A DNA stretch of 64,000 bases, taken from NCBI GenBank assembly GCA_904063045.1, contig CAJFCJ010000036.1, forward strand, positions 124,001 through 188,000, written 5' to 3'. The position numbers and the translations under genes are program-made. Source of the DNA: Dimorphilus gyrociliatus. Its lineage: Eukaryota; Animalia; Annelida. The notes under the pieces are model-generated. The model was not told the origin of the DNA, ran no database searches, and worked only from the letters and a program-made list of their open reading frames with translations. Shown here piece after piece: positions 26,755 through 37,306 of the stretch (position 1 is the stretch's first letter; the number at the start of each line of letters is the position of its first letter).

Positions 26755-27880
26755 ATGTCAGGATTTCGTAATAAAGAAATTTACTAAGTGGGAAAGGTTA
26801 GGACAACAGCAAGAACTTTGGGAATGGCACCGTCAACAGTCAGAGATATTTAAACATATGAGCCACTAGAACAAGAGAGTAAGGCTCTTTACAGAAAGAG
26901 GCATAAACAGGATGAAAGACATTGTAAAGAAACTTAAAAGAAACGAGGAAAGGTGAAAGTAGCAAAGATATTAAAGGAATTAGAAGTAGATGTGAGCCTC
27001 AAAGCAATTCAGAATCAGCTGAAAAGACTAAATATGAAATATAAAAAAGGAAGAAAAAAAGCAAGAAAAAAAGTTGATTCCGTATCCGAGGATTGCAAAA
27101 GAAGAAAATATTGTGCACTTAGAAATATCAACATAATAATATTTAGACTTTAGATATTATAGAACTGTAGAAAGGCTTTTATTTCGTAGCAATTATAATG
27201 GTGAAAGTTTAGAAACACATTTATTTAGTAGAATTAGAGTCTAGAACTTTAAAAAGGCTTTTATTTCGTAGGAAACATATTCTTTGACCAAAACAGATGT
27301 TGCATTATGGAATTAACAATGGAACAAACAATATAGAAAAAATGCATGTCAAACTTCTTACATCTTATTCAAAACCAGATTCGGAAGAGGCAGGCTTATT
27401 TTTGCAGTGCCACATGTTAGCCAGAAGTGATGCAATAGTTTATCATGTCTTTGTTATATGTTCATTGTGAGACTGTTACATTTCAACTTCGTAATCTTTT
27501 GACCAAGTGAACCCAAGCTTTGGTAAATGTATAAAAGGAAATACATTTCCCCAGTTTGGCAGTTCAGTTCTTTAACCATGGATGAACTTGGAAGGTTCTA
27601 TTTGGACCAGTACTTTGGTAGATCGGTAAATGATTGGAAAGGACGAATACTTTTCAGAAGAAGCAGAAATTCCTACAATTATAATACAACAAAGTACACA
27701 TTTTATTGTCCTTAAAAGATCAGTGATAATCTATAATGGAGACTTCAGGGTCACAAAAAATATTGGTAGTGACTATATCTTCTAACAGAACAATGCAAAC
27801 TTCTCGGGAAGAGCCTGATCTCAGTCCTATTGAGAACATGTGGCCATCTGACTAAAAATTAGTCTATGATGGTACGCAAT
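26755..27880 (+). mobile_element. Degraded Tc1 relic of the same family as the 50.1-51.8 kb element, interrupted by ~600 bp of unrelated sequence
   Basis: 26760-27120 aligns to the transposase N-terminus (GGAATGGCACC, GCAAAGATATTAAAGGAATTAGAAGTAGATGTGAGC); GACTTCAGGGTCACAAAAAATAT at ~27741 and CTGATCTCAGTCCTATTGAGAACAT..GTCTATGATGGT at ~27815-27872 match the catalytic region; multiple stops and deletions. Confidence 0.85.
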
Positions 27881-28219
27881 TTGCATCGTCCGGATATTTT
27901 TGTCCATTACTTTATACTATTGCTTCAATTTCCACAAGCAGCATAAGATAATATAGAAAGTGTATATAGGCTTAAATTAAGAATTTAAACTCATTTTTTG
28001 ACATATCAATTAAAAGCAGCTAAAAATAGTAGAAACACAATGCTTTCGACATTTAAATCTCATTGTTTTTTTAAATACAACAATGAAATAAAAATTAAAT
28101 CTTGGGCATGATTTTACCCTTTTTTTATCATTTCGCCTAACATTTACATTATTTACACTAATTAATCTAAAAATTTGTATAAACATTTTAACAATTTCAA
28201 ACACAGTCCATTTTTAGAG

Positions 28220-31200
28220 ATGGACAAAAACAATGAAATATTTCTTCTTTTATCTGTTCATTTTATAGTAATGACAACAGCAAACAGAACATCCGAATAT
28301 GAATTATCTATACAAGATTCAAGCGATGGAAATGTGTATGTTGAAGGAATTTTAAAAGGAAAGATGTTGATAGAAGATGATTGGTTGATTGTGAAATATG
28401 AAATATTTACAACTCAACAGAATAATCTATTGTGTGAGAGAATGGGCTACGAGTCCATTCATTCAGTAGCCTTACCCTGTAAGTTGGACACTCTACAATC
28501 GGAAGCCATTCAACTATCACTAACAACCGAAAGTTGTTGTAATTTGTAAGTGAAATTCGATAAAATTTTAAATTGAATATAGACATTTATCTTGTTTTTT
28601 TTTCAAACAAGTTCAAAAATTGTTTATCATTCAGACAAAGCGTTTTGTATTAAATGCTTCAAGAAGCAGAGCCAATGTAAGAATATTCTATTATTTAAAT
28701 AGAGTTTGATGGAATTTTTAAATGAATTTGTAGTTATATTTGCTACTGGAAAATCATATAGACTAATTTTAAAGAGAAATAATACTTACTATAAACTCCG
28801 TGGTTATTCAACTCAATTCAATCATTTATGCAAAAAATCTCAATTTTTTCTACAAAAGTTTAAACAAAAAATAATAGTTTATGTTGAATACAAGATGGGC
28901 AAATTCAATGTCATATTGGATAAAATTCCTAGAGTTTACGTACATAAATCATGTAAATTTAGAGATTTAAAAGGTAAATATCTATTCATAAAATTTTTTG
29001 ATGAGATTACATTGTAATAGAGTTTAAATTTAAGATTCAATAAAATTTTTAATCAATATTTCAGATGTAAAATTTGAATATTTGGGAGAAAATAAATCCA
29101 GAACTTATTCATATTTAAATAAATATAAAAAATATACAAATTATTTTATAGTTTCAAAAACATTTGGAGTTTCTCCTCCAATTTTTTTTCAGCTGAAATC
29201 ACTAAAACGACTCTGTTTGCAATTGTGCTTTCACTTAAAATCTATTGCCGATCCATTCTCTTGTTTTGAAAAGCCATTTCAATACAAAGTACACGTCTTA
29301 TTCTGTATGCAAATTAGCACAAATATAAATTTATTAATCAGGAAACGACAGCAATTGCTTGTAAAGATGACATCTATATTAGAAGAAAACCTTCATTCGA
29401 AAATATTATTGACACTTGCTTTTATATTGAAGGAACACAGGAATCTGTTAGAGTTATTGAGCCACACTGTCAAAAACCAAGGAAATCGGGTAAGCATTGA
29501 GTTAAATTGATGAAAATTGAATAAATATACTCGAAAATGAACATTTTTGATATTGAAATTGGGTTTCAATACCATTTGTCCTATTCTACAATTCGAATAT
29601 ATAATTTTCTCTTTTTAGATGGCATTACCTATAGGTTTTTTCACAAGCCAAGCAACATATTGTTTACGCCAATAGCTAATCAATCATTTGATAGTTTTAC
29701 TGGCCGTTTTCAAATTATTTGGAAAAATGAATGGATTGATTTTGACCAGATTTTTGATCATGAACATAAAATTATTTGTCAAGAGTTTGGCTTTAAATAC
29801 GAATATTTTACAGGAAGGTTTATCACTAAAAGTTTGAAATTGAAGAAAAGTTATTTATTGTGTAATCGAAATATATCATCATTAAACCAATGTCAATACA
29901 GAGAATACAATAGTTTCGGGTAATTATTGATATTTATATATTTGGATTAATCAACTCATTTTTCAACATTTTTCAACAAAGATATGTAATTCGAAAAGGC
30001 CCAATACTAAAATGTTCAAATGAACTGATAACAGGTTGAATAATTGAATAATAAACGCTATCACGTGATGCAAAAACAGAATTTAAAAAATAGATACTCA
30101 GTGTAACGGAGAAAAGTCATTTTTAATTGATAACGTCTGCTACAAGTTAATAGTTGAAGATGAAGAGAAATCCCTATCAGAAATGGAGCTTAGATGTAAA
30201 AATGAAAATTTAACATTGGCAGATTTTCCAGGAAATGATTTCGAAACTCTACTTTTTTTTAAATCATATATTTCTTATATTTCGTCAAAAACAACAAAAT
30301 TAAAATTTCTATTTCAATTATTTTATAGTAAAAGAAAAATTTCAAAATGATAAAAATTATTTTGAATGTAAAACTATTTTTCATTTCAGAATTGGAAAGA
30401 AAAAAAACAAATAACAATGATATTACTGTAACACCTTCTAAAATACCATTTTCATTCTTTTCAAGGACTCAATTACCCCAAGAAATGGTAAACAATTGTT
30501 TCAAAAACTAAATAAATGCTACCAAATTTGACACAAATTCTTAACCCTAACTCTAACCCTAACCGTTATATTTATAATATTGATATATGTATATATTCTC
30601 AGTTTAAGGCATTTATCCCCAACCATCCAGATTTTGATGAAGGTGTAATGATGGACGTTAATAATATTATTAAAGGCTTTGAAAGTTCTAAAGGAGATTG
30701 TATTGAAAATCTCTATGTTTGTCTTAATATTCTCTAAGACTTTTTTCCATCACATCTTCTATTGTTCCTATAGGTAGTTGATATATCAGAAAATTTACAT
30801 CAGCCTATAAGAGGTATGTACTACTTTTAAATAAATATCTTCTACATAAACCAGCAGCGCCATCTATAAGTATATTTTTGAACTATTTGAATTCAGGAAT
30901 AGCTGCAAGAAATGTAGATTGCTCAATAGTAAGAAAAAACTATTACTTTTGCCAAAGAATCCTATGTTAGCCAATCAAATGATTTTCCGTAATTTATTTC
31001 TAAACAAAGTGACTTTGTTCATAATATTTTCAGATTCACTTAATCCTTCAATTTCGAATTTGAATAACAACACGCATATTCTCAAAAACGAGAACTTTTA
31101 CTTCTGTAAACAAACTGGTACATACATAAATATTCTATATGTTTGTGACAGACATCCCGACTGTCCCTCCTCTGAAGATGAACACGAAAATTGCCATTAC

Positions 31201-34200
31201 GGCATTGAACAAGTATTTAATTGTAAATTCTACAACTATACCATCCATTTCAATTTGCTATGCAACTATATAAAAGATTGTCCAGATGGTTCTGATGAGG
31301 AGTTTTGCGGTAAAAACAATAACAATCTTTTATACTCATCTCCTTCATTTATTCTACAAATTATTTGCCTGTAGAAAGATCGATCTGCAAAGAAACAGAA
31401 AGGTGAAAATGTTTACTTCACTCTATCTAAATCATAATATCTGCAAATACATTCATTTGAAGAACTTGCCAAAACAAACAATGTATTCCGAAAGAGCAAG
31501 TTTGTAACAACAAGAAAAATTGCTTTGATTCAACTGATGAATATTGTTTGAATGAAAATGCCATTGAGGACTATTTTAAACTTAGTAATAGCATATAACA
31601 GACTACAAAATTCAAATTCATTTCTATGTAAATTTTTCCCTCTTTTTTACTAGGATGTAGGCCTGGGATGCAAAAATCCTGCCTTACTGGCTGCATAAGA
31701 TATGAAAAAATGTGTAACTTTAGACAGGATTGTTCAAAAAGGGAAGATGAACAATATGAAATATGTTTTTTTGAATACAATATCTACCATTCACAATTAA
31801 AACACAATGAATGCGAGTTAAAATATGACTCATTGGGAATCCTGCTAACAGATCCACATTTTCCTTTTAAGGAGCTCTCTAACTGCAATAACTCTACTTG
31901 TGAACCAGGACAGTTCTTATGTACATTTTATAAATTTTGCATATCAATTGAACAAGTTTGCGATGGAATTAATCATTGCATTCATAATGAAGATGAAATG
32001 ATTTGTGGTAAGATCATAGATGACAACACAAAATATCTTTCTCATATCTTTCCCAGTATTAACAATATCTTTAAATTTATCGATTTCTATTACGACAAAT
32101 GTTTCATGGGGAGAATAAATTTTCATTAAACATGAATTTTTCTAGATGAAATCTACACAAAAGGATTCTTTAAATGCAGAAATGAAACAAAAGCAATTTT
32201 ACCCAGCAAAGTCTGTGATGGAATAGTAAACTGTTTCTATGGAAGTGATGAACTCTCCTGCAACCAAATCAACGTATCTAACTATTCTTTTTGCCAAACT
32301 ACTTTAGCAACAGAAATGTTTTGTCAAATGCAAATAAAAAACAAAAGAATTTCAGACAACCAAACTTTTCACATAGCAAATGTTCCACATATTAAAAAAC
32401 TTCAAATTTATGGATTGATGAATTTAAAAGTGAGTGAAAAACAGTTTCAGATTACTTCTTTGTCCATAGAAGACAATTTTCAAAGGAATATCTTTGTTCA
32501 TTTACAATTCTTTCCCAATTTGCTGGCTTTGACTTTAAAATCAAACAAACTAACATTTAGAAACGATTTCAGTAGAACATTACTTCTACTTCAATATCTC
32601 GATCTTTCCAGTAACAGATTTACAAACTTTTCCATCTTGGAGAAATTTCAAAGTCACGATTTGAGATATTTGGATTTTTCAAACAATCCACTTCAAAATT
32701 TCAATCATAACATGAAACATTTTCGGAAATTAAACATTTTGAAAATAACAAATTGTTATATTTCAAATATTCAACCAGTTTTCTTTAAATATTTCACCAA
32801 ACTGGAAAGATTATACTTGAATGGAACTGAATTTCCTTCAAAGCAAAGTATGACGATTGTTCGACAGCTGCATCGAATAAAGATGATCTTTAACGAATTC
32901 TACAAACTGTGCTGTTTAACCTGGAAATTGTTTGGCAATCACATCATTTGTAAACCGTCTACATCATTGTACAACACTTGTTCCAGTCTCCTCAGTAGTT
33001 TGCCTATTCGTCTCTTGTATTGGATCAATGGACTTTTTGGGTTAATTGGAAATGTGTTTTCAATATTTCTGCTGTTCAAGTCGAAGAGTCAATCGACTGC
33101 ATTTAGATTATCATTAATTTTAAGTGATAGCCTTACATCACTGTATGTTGTTACAATAGCCATTGCAGATGCCTACTTTAAAGATAAATATTTGGAAAAT
33201 GATGAAAGATGGCGAAATAGTGTGCTTTGTCAAATTATTGGAACAAGCATGTCATTTTCCCTACTCTTGTCTACCCTGAGTTTGTTTCTTTTGACATTTG
33301 AGCGGTTCCAAGCAATAGTTGTGCCTTTTTCTTCATTGAAAATTCAACATTATAAAAGAGTGACCATTCCAATTTCATTTCTATTGTCGAGTATTTTGGC
33401 AACACTTCCATTTGGTTTTTATAAAGTATAAGTAAAAAACAGACGTTCCTTTGACTGTAAAATGAAAATGAATGTTTCAGAATTTTCACAGAAAATCTCC
33501 AATTTGCTTTAATTTGCATATAACAAGTGAGAAAAGTGCAGGTTGGCTGTATTCATTTTTCGTTTTCGGTATTTTGCTGTTTGTGTTGAGCGCCACAATT
33601 AGCGTTCTTTATATGATAATTGTGAAAACTGTCAAAAAGTCTTTTGTAAGGTTTAATAAGAGTAAAAGGGATAAGGATAAATTGGATAAGGTCATGAAGA
33701 CTGTGTTTTTGATAATAATGACAAACTTGATATGTTGGTTTCCAATTTCACTTCTCGGTTTGTAGAATATTCATCATTGAAAATGCTAAAGCGTCACATT
33801 TTGAACAGGAATTTTGTCAGTCTTTGTCGAAATCCACATCAGTAGGAATATCTATTCAGTTATTGTTGCTGTGTTTCTGCCAATAAATGCTCTTCTCAAT
33901 CCTCTGATCTATTCTTACAGTGACATAAAACTTTTAATGCAAGTTAAGGCAGAAAAAAAAGAGGAAGAACAGTTAAGTGATAATTCATTCTATTTTAGTG
34001 TAACTATTGTATTTAACCAATTTTTTCCTATGTTATCAGAAGAAATATAATTAGCAATGCAGCATATCAGACTCGACTGCAAAGTAACGTTTTTGAAATA
34101 TCTTGTATTACTGATAAGTTCAATTAGTTATTGATGTGTTATTGAAAATTTTGCAGTGTTAAATTTTATCGAAGAATCAAGAGCCAATAAAATTTATCAA

Positions 34201-34561
34201 GACGAATTGACTGATTATTTTGAACCATTTCTCTTTAACATTGATTATTTTGAGAGAATGTACGATATGAAAGTTATTGCGGACATAATCTGTGGAATTC
34301 AATATTGTCATGAACATCAATTGTCATTTGGGAAAGAACTGACGTTGAATGACATATTTCATGATGTAAGAGTATTTATAAAGTCAAGTTTATAATATGA
34401 CTAATGCAAACGGCTTGTTTTTTTAGAGAAATAATGACGTAGTTTGTATAAAACCAAAAAATTTTGTCATATTAACCGTAGAAGTAGAAAAGAGGGATAT
34501 CTATTCATTTGGTAATATATTAAAGAAAATTTTACAAATGAAGCATATCCACAAATGTTGA
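28220..34561 (+). CDS. GRL101-like receptor D (multi-exon), tandem paralog of C, with kinase-like tail
   Basis: First exon close to that of C (VYVEGILKGKML..NNLLCERMGY); LDLa, LRR and 7TM exons nearly identical to C; tail exons 34040-34083, 34157-34365, 34427-34561 (stop TGA 34559-34561). The start codon is tentative. Confidence 0.85.
30542..30564. repeat. Short (CCCTAA)n-like tract
   Basis: TAACCCTAACTCTAACCCTAACC, about 3.5 imperfect units inside gene D. Confidence 0.4.
31903..34020 (+). repeat. ~2.1-kb near-identical direct duplicate (copy 2)
   Basis: See 23303-25420. The 371-aa ORFs differ at one residue that I can see (RVIIP vs RVTIP). Confidence 0.95.
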
Positions 34562-34689
34562 GTGTTTTATTATGTAAAATATGAATGGTTTACTGTTTAT
34601 CGAACTCATCCTTCTCCCTATTGTATTATCTCCAAATGAGAATATTTTTTTAATATATTTCGACTGTGTATAGATGAGCAACTGTCAAA

Positions 34690-35060
34690 TTGACCGGTTG
34701 ATGAATAACCAATTTCGCAGCATGTCTTTGATAATCCGTCCACCATTCCCTTATTTCTTATAGATTGTACTTTGAACAACTTGATAAGAATTTAAAATTG
34801 GTTTCTCAGTCAGATGACAAAACTTCAAATGAATAAAATTTAAACTGTCCGATGGTTGAATTAATCCATCAAAAGTCAATAATAATCCATTTCCCATTTC
34901 TTTATTCAGAATACATTGACTTTTTTAACAAGTTGACCGCAAATTTTCTATTTTGAGACTGAAACTAGTCCAGATTTGCAATGGTAGAAATTGATATATT
35001 TAGGCTGTTTGTTAATTGAACAAGTCCATTGCAAAATCTTGGATATTCCAGTTTTTTAGA
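34690..35060 (-). pseudogene. Decayed relic of the RI-type LRR gene family
   Basis: Minus strand contains AATAAAGAAATGGGAAATGGATTA (NKEMGNGL), GATGGATTAATTCAA (DGLIQ) and TGTCATCTGACTGAG (CHLTE) with frameshifts and stops. Confidence 0.7.
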
Positions 35061-35199
35061 AGGAAAAGAAGCCCAGTGTATATTTTTTATCCTCGTCCCA
35101 AATTTAGGCCTCAACTGTAAACTAATCAGTTATTTATTACTCATTGTTTTTTATCATTGAGACATCATCGTTTTGGTTATTGAAACAACTGTGAAATGA

Positions 35200-36912
35200 T
35201 CAGGAGATTATTAAGTACTCATAGTCAATTGTTAATTTGGTATTATATTTTAGCCAATGACTAATCTTTATATGTTGATCTTGGGTTAAATGACAATTGT
35301 GAATACCAATATACTTTAAAGAGTTTAAAGACTGAACGAGACCATTGCAGACTTGCGATAATCCATTTCCGGTTTCCTCATTATTACTTAGAAGTATGCT
35401 CTCTATTCTAGAACAATTTTTTAGCATATTTCCAATATTTATGCATTGTTTCTCATTTAGATTACAATTTGAAATGTTAATATATTTTAACGTATAGGAT
35501 GAATGATAGAGCTCATCACAAATCTTTGATAATCCTTTTCCCATTTCTCTATTTAAGCACAGTTCAATTTTTTCAATTTTTGAACAGTTTTTCAACAAAT
35601 TTCCGATAGTTATGCATTGATTTTCACTTAGGTTACAATCTCTAAGATGAATATGCCTTAAAGAATTCGATGATGGAACAAGTCCAGAACAGATTTCTGC
35701 TAATCCATTTCCCATTCCTTTATTCTCACTAAGATCAATTTTTTCTATATAAATACATCCGGTCAGCATATGACCAATTTGTCTACATAGAGTTTCAGTT
35801 AGGTTGCACTCCCTAAAGTTGAGAAATATTAGGGTTTTGAAAGAACTAGACAGTCCATTGCAAATATCTGACAATCCATTTCCCATGTTTGTATTACAAC
35901 TCAAGTTTATCATTTCTATTCTTGAACACTTTTTCAACAATTTTCCAATAGCTGCTGATTGACTTTCAGTTAGGTTACATTCTCTTAAAATGATGTCTTT
36001 TAATGTTTTTGACGAGTTGGTGAGTCCTTCAAACAGATTTAAAATTCCATTTCCCATTCCCTTATTTCCACTTAGATTGATTGTTTCTATTTTAGAGCAT
36101 TTTTTCAACATATTTCCAATGCTTATCGATTGATTTTCACTTAGATTACATTCTCTTAAATTGACGTTCTTTAAATTATTTGACGATTCAACAAGTCCAT
36201 CGCTAATCCTCAATAATCCATCTCCCATTTCCTTATTTTGAGCTAAATATATTGTTTCTATTTTAGGGCAATTTTGTAAGATTTCTCCAATGCTTGTAGC
36301 TTGATTTTCAGTTAGACAACACCATACGAAATAAATACGTTGTAGAGTGTTTGCGGATTGGACGAGTCCATTGCAAATTTGGGATAATCCACTTCTCATA
36401 TCTTTATTCAAACTTAAATCAATAGATTCTATATTAGTACAATTTTTTAACAAATTCCCTAAATATATAGACTGATCTTTGGTTAGAGAACACCAACTTA
36501 AATCGATATACTTTAAACTATTAGACGATTGAGCTAATCCGCAGCAAATTTGCGATAATCCATCTCCCATTTCTTCATTTTCACTCAAATTTATTGTTAC
36601 TATTTTATGGCAATTTTTGAGTAAATTTCCTATGTTTTTAGTATGGTTCTCATTCAAATGACAATAATAGAAGTTAATATGCTGTAAAGTACTGGACGAT
36701 TTAAGGAGTGCATCGCAAATCTTAGATAATCCACTCTTTCTGCAAACAGAGCAAACAGTCTCACAATCATCCGAACGTAATTCTTGTTTTCGACATTTTA
36801 GGCAATATTTATGTTGACATGGTAGTATTCTCGTATCCTTGGCAACTGCAGTCGCTAAACAATTTGAACATTTTAGGCCATTTTCATCAAAATAGTACAC
36901 TTTCTTAGACAT
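35200..36912 (-). CDS. Intronless RING finger (C3HC4) plus about nine 57-aa RI-type LRR double repeats; putative E3 ligase/LRR sensor
   Basis: CSNC-x13-CQHKYCLKC-x13-CSVC at residues ~14-57, fused directly to the same LRR repeat as 11082-12657; 570 aa open frame. Confidence 0.9.
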   Translation of the reverse strand: MSKKVYYFDENGLKCSNCLATAVAKDTRILPCQHKYCLKCRKQELRSDDCETVCSVCRKSGLSKICDALLKSSSTLQHINFYYCHLNENHTKNIGNLLKNCHKIVTINLSENEEMGDGLSQICCGLAQSSNSLKYIDLSWCSLTKDQSIYLGNLLKNCTNIESIDLSLNKDMRSGLSQICNGLVQSANTLQRIYFVWCCLTENQATSIGEILQNCPKIETIYLAQNKEMGDGLLRISDGLVESSNNLKNVNLRECNLSENQSISIGNMLKKCSKIETINLSGNKGMGNGILNLFEGLTNSSKTLKDIILRECNLTESQSAAIGKLLKKCSRIEMINLSCNTNMGNGLSDICNGLSSSFKTLIFLNFRECNLTETLCRQIGHMLTGCIYIEKIDLSENKGMGNGLAEICSGLVPSSNSLRHIHLRDCNLSENQCITIGNLLKNCSKIEKIELCLNREMGKGLSKICDELYHSSYTLKYINISNCNLNEKQCINIGNMLKNCSRIESILLSNNEETGNGLSQVCNGLVQSLNSLKYIGIHNCHLTQDQHIKISHWLKYNTKLTIDYEYLIIS

Positions 36913-37306
36913 GTTTTCATATATATACTTGTATATGTTTACTCGTTGAAAAGCGTCGACAAAATTTGATAGTTTAAACTACAATTACTGATAGAATGCT
37001 AAAACACTAAATCATAGTTATAACCACAACATTAAGGTTTTTCCATAGTTATAACCACCAGTTAAAAGCTTCTTCTTACAGTCTACTTTCATAGTGATGA
37101 TTATCAATATTATAATTGAAACAGTTTCTATGGTTACAGTGTTATTTTATCAAAACTTTATTCTTTCTAAAAGAAAATTATACGAATTTTATTCTTTTTA
37201 CTAATAGTAGTTAAAGCACAACTAGCGACTTCTGGTGTTTACTATCGATATTATCATTGTATATTTAGGCCTATGCTTTATTATGATAAAATTAATCTTA
37301 TCCTTG

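Noticed and set aside
30542-30564. Telomere-like CCCTAA tract as an interstitial telomere or fusion scar (also GGTTAGGGTT at ~58978)
   Set aside because: Only 2-4 imperfect units with no flanking rearrangement signal; kept only as a low-confidence repeat.
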